Under the pieces are notes generated by a model. The model was given only the letters and a program-made list of their open reading frames with translations, was not told the origin of the DNA and ran no database searches. Made by a program: the position numbers and the translations under genes. DNA of 32,000 nt, taken from contig CP145869.1 of NCBI GenBank assembly GCA_041941765.1, positions 150,001 to 182,000 on the forward strand, read 5' to 3'. This document shows positions 12,424 through 23,315 of the stretch, in pieces. The number at the start of each line of letters is the position of its first letter. The stretch's first letter is position 1. The stretch comes from Candidatus Saccharimonadota bacterium (lineage in GTDB: Bacteria; Pseudomonadota; Gammaproteobacteria; Enterobacterales; Enterobacteriaceae).

Positions 12424-12542
12424 ACTATGAGTGCTCCTTAAACATTAAAGAATCAAACTTAATAGACTTAATAAAGATTTTTTATGTTAGCAGTATAACA
12501 AATTTTTATCTTTTTTTATATTAATGCTAATTCAATTTATGA

Positions 12543-12615
12543 TGCTGATAGGCAGAATTGAACTGCCGACCTCACCCTTACCAAAGGTGTACTCTACCAA
12601 CTGAGCTATATCAGC
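12543..12615 (-). tRNA. thrT: tRNA-Thr (anticodon GGU)
   Basis: The reverse complement GCTGATATAGCTCAGTTGGTAGAGTACACCTTTGGTAAGGGTGAGGTCGGCAGTTCAATTCTGCCTATCAGCA folds as a cloverleaf with anticodon loop TTGGTAA. It is near-identical to E. coli thrT. The 3' CCA is not encoded (next bases are TCA). Confidence 0.95.
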
Positions 12616-12650
12616 ATATTTAAAGTTATAATTAGTGTTCTTATTATGTA

Positions 12651-12725
12651 TGGAGCGGATAGCGGGAATCGAACCCGCATCATTAGCTTGGAAGGCTAAG
12701 GTAATAACCATTATACGATATCCGC
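12651..12725 (-). tRNA. glyT: tRNA-Gly (anticodon UCC), CCA encoded
   Basis: The reverse complement GCGGATATCGTATAATGGTTATTACCTTAGCCTTCCAAGCTAATGATGCGGGTTCGATTCCCGCTATCCGCTCCA has anticodon loop CTTCCAA and closely resembles E. coli glyT. It is the only tRNA in the window with a genomically encoded CCA. Confidence 0.95.
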
Positions 12726-12739
12726 AAAACTTAAGTATG

Positions 12740-12821
12740 TGGTGGGGGAAGGATTCGAACCTTCGAAGTCAATGACGGCAAATTTACAGTCTGCTCCCTT
12801 TAACCACTCGGGAACCCCACC
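12740..12821 (-). tRNA. tyrU: tRNA-Tyr (anticodon GUA)
   Basis: The reverse complement GGTGGGGTTCCCGAGTGGTTAAAGGGAGCAGACTGTAAATTTGCCGTCATTGACTTCGAAGGTTCGAATCCTTCCCCCACCA is a long-variable-arm class II tRNA with anticodon loop CTGTAAA. It matches E. coli tyrU. CCA is not encoded (followed by CAT). Confidence 0.95.
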
Positions 12822-12848
12822 TATTTAGATTGTTATTTTTATGAATTA

Positions 12849-12921
<73 letters not shown>

Positions 12922-12970
12922 TCTAAATAAAATTTAGTTACTATTTCTTATATTAGCTAGAATGAACTGA

Positions 12971-12999
12971 ATTTTATGAGTATCAAAAAATTTATGCAA
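12971..12999 (-). promoter_or_regulatory. Candidate sigma-70 promoter for the tRNA cluster (and possibly everything downstream)
   Basis: Minus strand: TTGCAT (12999-12994), an exact 17-nt spacer, TAAAAT (12976-12971), with a T-rich tract upstream. It lies about 45 nt upstream of the thrU 5' end. The hexamer match is moderate and AT-rich DNA generates many false -10 elements. Confidence 0.35.
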
Positions 13000-13042
13000 C
13001 AAAAAAATAAGAAAATATGAATGAAATATTAAAAATAATAAA

Positions 13043-14028
13043 TTATCCTATGACTTCAAGAGAATCAATTTTTTTATGTTCACATAAAAAATGTACTTCT
13101 GGTTCAAGCAAAATATCAAATTTCTTAGCTACATGTTGTCGAATATTATTTGCTAGCATAGCTATATCCCATCCTATAGCATTTCCTTCATTTATTAAAA
13201 TAAATGGATTTTTTTTTATATATTCCTGCATCTACTTTTTTATAATCTTTAAAATGACAATGATTAATTAACCAACCAGCCTAATTTTTAATTTTTGATT
13301 TTGATTGAAGATAATATCTTAGGTTAGGATAAAGCTCTATTAGATTAGTAGCTTTTTCAAAATTTATAATTGGATTTAAAAAAAAACTTCCTGCATTTCC
13401 AATAATAATAGGATTTGATAAATTTTTACATCTTATCTCATAAATTTTTTCAAAAATACTTTGTGCAGTAAGAGTAGTAAAAAAATTACCGATTTTCAAA
13501 ATTCGAGTTTTGGATACCAAAGCTTTTGAAGTAATATTACTACAGCAATAATAACATAATTTTTAGTATTCTTTTGTTGAAAAATACTTTCTCTATATTT
13601 AAAATTACATTTATAAGCTGAAATACGTAGAATTTTTTTTTGAAAATCTAATACATCTACATATTCACAAAAATTATTAAATTCTACACTATATGCTCCA
13701 ATATTTTGAATAGCTGCTGATCCTACAGTTCCTGGTATAAAAACTAAATTTTTTTAGGGGATATTTTACTAAAGAATGCCAACCTTCTCCTGAACCTACA
13801 TGCAAATGCCAAGCTTTTGATTATTCAGTGATATTAATACCTTTTAAACGATTAATTATAACTATACCAATATAATCTTATAAAAATAGAAGGATTTTTA
13901 TCTTGAGATTGATTCCATACTTGTATAAGTTGTGAAATTGTATAAACTATACTAATTTGAAACGCATTTACATCAAGATTGAAAGTATTAAATCGTTTTA
14001 ATTTTTGTTTAGGTTAATTAGATTTCAT
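13043..14028 (-). pseudogene. murB: UDP-N-acetylenolpyruvoylglucosamine reductase (murB) pseudogene
   Basis: A minus-strand three-frame walk recovers MurB-like segments in order. They are MKSN*PKQKLKRFNTFNLDVNAFQ.. (E. coli MNHSLKPWNTFGIDHNAQ), [83 protein letters not shown] and *AGWLINHCHFK..ILINEGNA..FDILLEPEVHF. In-frame stops fall at 14014-14016 (TAA, codon 5), 13821-13823 (TAA) and 13281-13283 (TAG). There are at least three frameshifts (~13750, ~13500, and the A9 tract at 13209-13217). The GEGSNVLF segment is deleted (~13876-13882). Confidence 0.9.
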
Positions 14029-14102
14029 TAGATTAATTATTAATTAAAAAAAATTTTGACATAAAAAAATATACACTCACTTTACAAATATAGGATTATT
14101 TT

Positions 14103-15995
14103 ATGTCTTATTCAAATTATTTTGAGGTTATTGTAATAGGTGCCGGTCATGCGGGAACTGAAGCTGCTTTAGCATCGGCTAGAATGGGACGTAAAACTTT
14201 GTTAATTACTCAGAGTATTGAAACTATAGGACAAATGTCTTGCAATCCTTCTATAGGTGGTATAGGAAAAGGACATTTGGTTAAAGAAATTGATGCTCTT
14301 GGTGGTTATATGGCAATAGCTATTGATCATTCTGGAATTCAATTTAGAACTTTAAATTCTAGTAAAGGTCCAGCCGTACGTGCTACTCGTGCACAAGCCG
14401 ATCGTTTATTATATCGTCAAATGATACGTAATAAACTAGAAAATCAATTAAATCTCAATCTATTTCAACAATCAGTTAGTCAATTATTGATTCAAAATCA
14501 ATCGGTAATAGGAGTAATTACTGAAATAGGAGTAATTTTTTATGCAAAATCAATAGTTATTACAGTTGGTACTTTTCTTAATGGTAAAGTTCATGTAGGT
14601 TTAGATTGTTATGAAGGAGGACGTGATGGAGAACCGAGTTCAATTTCATTAAGTCAATTTTTAAGAGAACTCCCATTAGGTAGTATTAAACGATTTAAAA
14701 CTGGTACACCTCCACGTATTCATGCTAATTCTATTAATTTTAATCTTTTAACTGCTCAATACAGTGATAATCCTATACCAATATTCTCATTTATAGGTAA
14801 GCTATCTCAGCATCCATGTCAAATTCCTTGTTATATTACTCATACAAATAGATTGACTCATGATATTATTATGCAAAACTTAAAATTAAGTCCCATTAAA
14901 AATGGTTTAATTAAAAGTGTAGGTCCCAGATATTGTCCCTCTATTGAAGATAAAGTGATACAGTTTAACAATCGCGAAGCACATCAAGTTTTCTTAGAAC
15001 CAGAAGGATTGACTAGTAAAGAAATATATCCAAATGGAATTTCAACCAGTTTACCATTTAATGTACAAATGAAAATTGTACATTCTATTAAAGGTATGGA
15101 AAATGCTCATATCACTCGTCCGGGTTACGCCATAGAATATGATTATTTAGATCCTTGTAATCTTAAACCGACTTTAGAAAGCAAATATATTAATGGTTTA
15201 TTTTTCGCCGGACAAATCAATGGAACTACTGGATATGAAGAAGCAGCGGCTCAAGGACTTTTAGCAGGTATAAATGCCAGTTTTTTTGCTTCAAATAAAG
15301 AAGGGTGGATTCCTAGAAGAGATCAATCATATATTGGAGTTTTAGTAGATGATTTATGTACTCAGGGAATTCAAGAACCTTATAGAATGTTTACTTCACG
15401 TGCTGAATATCGTTTGCATCTACGTGAAGATAATGCTGATATAAGGTTAACAGAAATAGGATATAAAATTGGATTAATAGATGAAAAAAGATGGATAGCG
15501 TTTAATCAAAAAATCGAGATAATTGAAAAGGAACGTCAAAGATTACGTAATCTTTGGATCTCAACAAATGAGATCATGAAGGTTAGTACACAATTAAAAA
15601 GTAATCTTATAAAAGAAATCAATGGTGAAGAATTATTACGGCGTCCTGAAATTTCTTATGATGACTTAATGAAAATAAAATTATTTGCGCCCGGTATAGA
15701 TAATCTTATTAATTCTCAACAACTAGAAATTCAAATTAAATATGAAGGTTATATTATTAAACAACAAAAAGAATTTTTAAAATTGCAACAATACAGAAAT
15801 ATACGTTTACCTTTAACTTTAAATTATCATGAGATAAAAGGACTTTCTAATGAAGTTATTACCAAACTTAATAAATATAAACCTATTTCAATTAATCAAG
15901 CTGCTAGTATACCTGGAATTACCCCAACCGCTATTTCTATTTTAGTTATTTGGTTAAAAAAACGTAATTATTTTTTTAGTGATTTAAAAAAGTAG
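14103..15995 (+). CDS. mnmG: tRNA uridine 5-carboxymethylaminomethyl modification enzyme MnmG (GidA)
   Basis: 630-aa ORF: ..[107 protein letters not shown].. It is collinear with E. coli MnmG. Confidence 0.98.
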   Translation: MSYSNYFEVIVIGAGHAGTEAALASARMGRKTLLITQSIETIGQMSCNPSIGGIGKGHLVKEIDALGGYMAIAIDHSGIQFRTLNSSKGPAVRATRAQADRLLYRQMIRNKLENQLNLNLFQQSVSQLLIQNQSVIGVITEIGVIFYAKSIVITVGTFLNGKVHVGLDCYEGGRDGEPSSISLSQFLRELPLGSIKRFKTGTPPRIHANSINFNLLTAQYSDNPIPIFSFIGKLSQHPCQIPCYITHTNRLTHDIIMQNLKLSPIKNGLIKSVGPRYCPSIEDKVIQFNNREAHQVFLEPEGLTSKEIYPNGISTSLPFNVQMKIVHSIKGMENAHITRPGYAIEYDYLDPCNLKPTLESKYINGLFFAGQINGTTGYEEAAAQGLLAGINASFFASNKEGWIPRRDQSYIGVLVDDLCTQGIQEPYRMFTSRAEYRLHLREDNADIRLTEIGYKIGLIDEKRWIAFNQKIEIIEKERQRLRNLWISTNEIMKVSTQLKSNLIKEINGEELLRRPEISYDDLMKIKLFAPGIDNLINSQQLEIQIKYEGYIIKQQKEFLKLQQYRNIRLPLTLNYHEIKGLSNEVITKLNKYKPISINQAASIPGITPTAISILVIWLKKRNYFFSDLKK

Positions 15996-16092
15996 AGTTA
16001 TTATTTTTTTTTTAGTTTACTTTATTTTATAATACACATAAGATTCGAATAGTTATTATTTCTTTAATTATTATAAGAAATAATCCAGGTAA

Positions 16093-16914
<822 letters not shown>

Positions 16915-16952
16915 TTTTTTTTTGCATCATCCTACTAGGAATTAATTATTAA

Positions 16953-17204
<252 letters not shown>

Positions 17205-17269
17205 TTGATAAAAATTAGTGGTTATTATATTTTTTAAAAAAAATTCAGCTCAACCGAGATTATTATGCT

Positions 17270-17746
17270 ATGAACTTAAATGCCACCTTAATAGGTCAAG
17301 CAATTGCTTTTTTAATTTTTATTATATTATGTATGAAATATATATGGCCTCCTATTATAAGTGCTATAAATCAGCGTCAAAAAGAAATAATAGATGGAAT
17401 CGCTTGTGCTGAAGAAGCTAAAAATACTTTAAAAAAGGCCCAAATTCAAGCAAGAGAACAATTTAAACAAGCTCAAGAACAAGCATTATTGATTATCACT
17501 CAATCCAAAAATCAAAGTACAAATATATTAGAAAATGTAAAAATTGAATCTGAAAAAGAACGTAGAAGAATTTTACAATTAGCTAAAGTAGAAATTGAAT
17601 TGATGCATTCTCATTTATATAATAAGTTGCAAAAACAAGTCGCAAAATTAGTGATAGATGGTGTAGAAAAAATTATAGAACATTCTATAGATGAACATCT
17701 TGATCGTAAAATTATAAATAAACTAATTAGTAACAAATTATTATGA
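17270..17746 (+). CDS. atpF: F0F1 ATP synthase subunit b
   Basis: 158-aa [46 protein letters not shown].. matches E. coli AtpF ([43 protein letters not shown]). Confidence 0.97.
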   Translation: MNLNATLIGQAIAFLIFIILCMKYIWPPIISAINQRQKEIIDGIACAEEAKNTLKKAQIQAREQFKQAQEQALLIITQSKNQSTNILENVKIESEKERRRILQLAKVEIELMHSHLYNKLQKQVAKLVIDGVEKIIEHSIDEHLDRKIINKLISNKLL

Positions 17747-18294
17747 TAGATAATTCATTCGAACTGATTTATATAGCTCGAGTTTATGCTATAGCCGCTT
17801 TTGATTTTTCTCTAGAAAAAAAAGAAGTTGAACACTGGCAAGAAATGTTAGAAGTAAGTACATTAGTTTCATCTCATAAAATTATTAAAAATATTATTTC
17901 CGGAGTTTTATCTAATAAGATTGTATCTAAATTATTTATTAAGCTTTGTGAGCCATATATAGATAAATATTTTCAAAATTTTATTATAATAATGGCAGAA
18001 CATCAAAGATTAAAATTACTTCCTAATATTTTAAACATTTTTCAACATTTACGTATGATGTATTATGATTTGACTGAGAATATTGAAGTAAGTACAGCTA
18101 ATATAATTTCTAATAAACAAGTTTTAAAAATAAAAAAATATTGTGAAACGATTCTCTTACGTAAAGTACAAATTCATTTTAAAATTGATAAAACTTTATT
18201 ATTTGGAATAATTATTCGTATAGGCGATATTATCATTGATAGTAGTGGACGTAGTCGTATTAATAGACTGGCTGAGATTTTACAGCAGTTATAA
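17743..18294 (+). CDS. atpH: F0F1 ATP synthase subunit delta
   Basis: 183-aa ORF overlapping the atpF stop by 4 nt (ATGA). ..[14 protein letters not shown]...WQEML.. and the C-terminal ..[24 protein letters not shown] match E. coli AtpH. Confidence 0.93.
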   Translation: MIDNSFELIYIARVYAIAAFDFSLEKKEVEHWQEMLEVSTLVSSHKIIKNIISGVLSNKIVSKLFIKLCEPYIDKYFQNFIIIMAEHQRLKLLPNILNIFQHLRMMYYDLTENIEVSTANIISNKQVLKIKKYCETILLRKVQIHFKIDKTLLFGIIIRIGDIIIDSSGRSRINRLAEILQQL

Positions 18295-18311
18295 GAAAAC
18301 TGGAAAATAAT

Positions 18312-19865
18312 ATGCAAATTAATACCGCAGAAATTAGCGAACTTATTAAACAACGTATTGCTAATTTTGATTTATTAAGTGAAACTTATAATGAAGGCAC
18401 GATTTTTTCTATAAGTGATGGAATTATTAGAATTTATGGATTAAATAATGTTATGCAAGGAGAAATGATCTTTTTACCTGAGACTAAATCTTATGCTATG
18501 GCATTAAATTTAGAAAGGGATACAGTAGGTGCAGTTGTGATGGGTCCTTATATTAATATTATTGAAGGCATGAAAGTTCAATGTACGGGACGTATATTGG
18601 AAGTTCCAGTAGGAACAGAATTATTAGGTAGAGTTATTAATCCATTAGGACAAACTATCGATGGAAAAGGATCTTTAAAATCTGATAGAATGTCTCCATT
18701 AGAAGCAATGGCACCTGGAGTTATTGATCGTCAACCAGTTGATCAACCCCTTCAAACAGGATATAAAATCATTGACAGTATGATACCAATTGGTAGAGGA
18801 CAAAGAGAACTAATTATTGGAGATCGTCAAACTGGTAAAACCACTATGGCAATTGATACTATTATTAATCAGCGAAATTCTGGAATTAAATGTGTATATG
18901 TTGCGATTGGACAAAAAGCTAGTACAGTAGCAAATGTAGTACAAAAATTAGAAGAAAATCAAGCTTTAAAAAATACTATTATAGTAGTAGCTTTTGCATC
19001 AGATGCCGCTATTTTACAATATCTTGCACCATATGCTGGCTGTACTATGGGTGAATTTTTTCGTGATCAAGGGGAAGATGCATTAATAATTTATGATGAT
19101 TTATCAAAACAAGCAATTGCTTATAGACAAATTTCGTTATTATTAAGAAGACCTCCTGGTAGAGAAGCATATCCTGGAGATATATTTTATCTTCATGCTC
19201 GCTTGCTTGAACGAGCAGCTCGTGTTAACGCTAAGTATGTTACATTATGTACTAAAGGAAAAGTTCATGATAAAACCGGATCTTTAACAGCTATACCTAT
19301 TATTGAAACTCAGGCAGGAGATGTATCAGCATTTGTTCCTACTAATGTTATTTCTATTACAGATGGTCAAATTTTTTTAGAATCTAATTTATTTAATCTT
19401 GGAATTCGTCCTGCTGTTAATCCTGGGATTTCTGTATCTCGTGTAGGTAGTAGTGCACAAACTAAGATTTTAAAAAAACTTTCTAGTGGAATACGTACAG
19501 CATTAGCTCAATATCGTGAATTGGCGGCATTTTCACAATTTTCATCAGATCTTGATGAAACTACACGTAAACAAATTCAATATGGTAAAAAATTAACAGA
19601 ATTATTAAAACAAAAACAATATCATCCAATGAGTATTGTAGAACAAGCCATTATTTTATTTGCTGTTTCACATGATTATTTAGAAGATGTTCAATTAGAT
19701 AACATAAGTGAATTTGAATCAGCATTAATAAATTATATGGAACGTACAAATAGTAAATTCATGCAATATATTAATAAGACTGGAAGTTATAATAATGAAA
19801 TTATATTAAAATTTAAACAAATCATTGAAAATTTTAAACAACAACCATGTAACTTAAGTAATTAA
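18312..19865 (+). CDS. atpA: F0F1 ATP synthase subunit alpha
   Basis: 517-aa ORF with [19 protein letters not shown].., Walker A GDRQTGKT, and ..[42 protein letters not shown].. It is collinear with E. coli AtpA. Confidence 0.99.
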   Translation: MQINTAEISELIKQRIANFDLLSETYNEGTIFSISDGIIRIYGLNNVMQGEMIFLPETKSYAMALNLERDTVGAVVMGPYINIIEGMKVQCTGRILEVPVGTELLGRVINPLGQTIDGKGSLKSDRMSPLEAMAPGVIDRQPVDQPLQTGYKIIDSMIPIGRGQRELIIGDRQTGKTTMAIDTIINQRNSGIKCVYVAIGQKASTVANVVQKLEENQALKNTIIVVAFASDAAILQYLAPYAGCTMGEFFRDQGEDALIIYDDLSKQAIAYRQISLLLRRPPGREAYPGDIFYLHARLLERAARVNAKYVTLCTKGKVHDKTGSLTAIPIIETQAGDVSAFVPTNVISITDGQIFLESNLFNLGIRPAVNPGISVSRVGSSAQTKILKKLSSGIRTALAQYRELAAFSQFSSDLDETTRKQIQYGKKLTELLKQKQYHPMSIVEQAIILFAVSHDYLEDVQLDNISEFESALINYMERTNSKFMQYINKTGSYNNEIILKFKQIIENFKQQPCNLSN

Positions 19866-19875
19866 GATATATATT

Positions 19876-20751
19876 ATGACCTTTATAAAAGAAATACGTA
19901 ATCAAATTACTGCCATTAAAAATATGCAGAAAATAACTAAAGCCATGGAAATGGTTGCAGCTTCTAAAATGAAGAAAATCCAATCTATTATGGAAAAAAG
20001 TTATCCTTATGCTGAAGCTATCAGTAGGGTAATTAATCATCTTACTTTAGGGAATTTAGAATATAAACATCCTTATTTAGAACAACGTACAATTAAAAAA
20101 ATTGGTTATTTAGTATTTTCTACTGATCGTGGATTATGTGGTAGTTTAAATAGTAATTTATTTAGAAAATTATTTATAAATATAAGTAAATGGTCTAAAA
20201 AGGGTATAAATTCGAGTTTAGTTATTATTGGTAATAAAGGATTATCATTTTTAAATTCCTGTAGTAAAACAATGGTTATTGCTCATTCAGGAGGAATAGG
20301 AGAAAAAGCATCTATTTCGGATTTAATTGGACCTATACAAGTATTATTAAATGCTTATAATCAAAAAGAAATAGATAGAATTTATATAGTTAATAATAAA
20401 TTAATTAATTTAGTTTCTCAGTTACCACAGATCATTCAATTATTACCATTAATAGCCATAAAAACTAACCATTCTATATTAAATCATCAATATAAATGGG
20501 ATTACTTATATGAACCTGATCCTCAATTTCTTTTAAAGATTGTATTACAACGTTATATAGAAGCTCAAGTTTATCATCGATTAGTAGAAAATATAGCTAG
20601 TGAACAAGCAGCAAGGATGGTTGCTATGAAAAGCGCTACTGATAATGGTAGTAGTTTAATTAATGAAATGCAAATTTTATACAATAAGGCACGTCAGGCA
20701 AATATTACTCAAGAAATTACTGAAATTGTGTCGGGTGCTGCTGCAGTTTAA
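19876..20751 (+). CDS. atpG: F0F1 ATP synthase subunit gamma
   Basis: 291-aa ORF. The N-terminal ..[28 protein letters not shown] and C-terminal ..[46 protein letters not shown] are typical of AtpG. Confidence 0.98.
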   Translation: MTFIKEIRNQITAIKNMQKITKAMEMVAASKMKKIQSIMEKSYPYAEAISRVINHLTLGNLEYKHPYLEQRTIKKIGYLVFSTDRGLCGSLNSNLFRKLFINISKWSKKGINSSLVIIGNKGLSFLNSCSKTMVIAHSGGIGEKASISDLIGPIQVLLNAYNQKEIDRIYIVNNKLINLVSQLPQIIQLLPLIAIKTNHSILNHQYKWDYLYEPDPQFLLKIVLQRYIEAQVYHRLVENIASEQAARMVAMKSATDNGSSLINEMQILYNKARQANITQEITEIVSGAAAV

Positions 20752-20776
20752 TTAAGTAATAATTAGGAGATTATAG

Positions 20777-22610
<1,834 letters not shown>

Positions 22611-22666
22611 TCTATTTTAGTAGATTATAACTATTTAAAATAATAACTTATTAATTATGGCACTAT

Positions 22667-23227
22667 TTAATACTGAGGAGGAAGAATAACTGATTGTTCC
22701 CAAAGTCGATTAAATTCTTGAGTATATTGAAAAGCTATTTCAGGATAATGGTATAATATAATTATATTTTCTGCATTATGTTTATCTGCAGCACTTGTAT
22801 AATTATAAGACCCTGTTTCAAGAATTTGTGAGTCAATTATTATAAACTTATTATGCATAATAGAATAATGTTTATTTAATCTTACTGAAATTTTTTGATT
22901 AGCTAAATAAGTAGTAGCAGTATAATTATTAGAATTAGCTTTATAATCAGCAATAATACGTATTTTCACTCCACGCTTATGTGCTTCTAATAATGCTAAA
23001 CTAATAGATTTGCTAGTAAAAGAGTAAGCAGCAATATCTATGGTATGTTGAGCTTGAGAAATTACCTTTAAAATTAAATAAGATGCTGAATGACCGGGAG
23101 AAAAACCCACATCAATTTGTTGATTTTGATTATAACTACATGAAGAAATAGAAAATAATAAAATAATACAAATAATAAATTTCCAAACTAAAGACTTGAT
23201 TTGTTTATTATGTTTTTTATTGTTCAT
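22667..23227 (-). CDS. Exported single-HKD phospholipase D superfamily protein (Nuc endonuclease-like), predicted lipoprotein
   Basis: Intact 186-aa ORF. The N-terminus MNNKKHNKQIKSLVWKFIICIILLFSISS|C has a K-rich n-region, a hydrophobic core and a lipobox-like ISSC with Cys30. There is one complete HKD motif, H125-x-K127-x4-D132-x6-G139-S140-x-N142 (HNKFIIIDSQILETGSYN, bases 22802-22855). The overall pattern (VGFSPG.., AAYSFTS.., KRGVKIRIIAD, ..AADKHNAENIII..) resembles, from memory, the periplasmic endonuclease Nuc of IncN plasmid pKM101. Confidence 0.8.
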   Translation of the reverse strand: MNNKKHNKQIKSLVWKFIICIILLFSISSCSYNQNQQIDVGFSPGHSASYLILKVISQAQHTIDIAAYSFTSKSISLALLEAHKRGVKIRIIADYKANSNNYTATTYLANQKISVRLNKHYSIMHNKFIIIDSQILETGSYNYTSAADKHNAENIIILYHYPEIAFQYTQEFNRLWEQSVILPPQY

Positions 23228-23315
23228 TATGTTTATAAAAGGTTTTTTATTATTGGAGAATATCAGTTATTAAAAAATATTGAAATAAATTTATTGATTA
23301 TGAGATTTAGTATTA

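Noticed and set aside
13017-13520. Three ORF-track entries (13017-13271 plus strand, 13043-13231 minus strand, 13281-13520 minus strand) that could be annotated as small CDSs.
   Set aside because: The two minus-strand ORFs are consecutive fragments of the murB pseudogene, separated by a TAG stop and a frameshift. The plus-strand ORF is their antisense shadow. None is a credible independent gene.
13043-14028. Possibility that the murB disruptions are sequencing errors, or are rescued by programmed or transcriptional slippage.
   Set aside because: Only one lesion lies in a homopolymer. There are three in-frame stop codons and deletions of conserved segments that slippage cannot repair.
13661-14077. 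DnaA-box-like 9-mers: ATATTCACA at 13661-13669, TGTGAAATT at 13931-13939, ATATACACT at 14069-14077.
   Set aside because: They match only 7-8 of 9 positions, are scattered rather than clustered, and are expected by chance at this composition. I kept them only as a caveat in the origin hypothesis.
14056-14084. Perfect TTGACA -35 hexamer upstream of mnmG.
   Set aside because: No acceptable -10 element sits at 16-18 nt spacing (ACTTTA/CACTTT). The implied leader would be only about 12 nt. There is not enough support to call a promoter.
17218-17412. 64-aa plus-strand ORF overlapping the atpE-atpF spacer and the atpF 5' end. Similar spurious entries are at 19834-20040 (minus), 28285-28515 (plus), 30570-30800 (minus) and 31546-31731 (minus).
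   Set aside because: Each is out of frame or antisense within a well-supported conserved gene (atpF, atpG, rpoD, pepA, valS). None has recognisable motifs.
22611-23315. Looked for inverted or direct repeats, integrase or transposase fragments, or a compositional shift flanking the PLD-like gene that would mark a mobile element or recent horizontal transfer.
   Set aside because: I found only low-complexity TTATTAA-type similarity. Composition and codon style match the neighbouring genes. There is no evidence of a mobile element.
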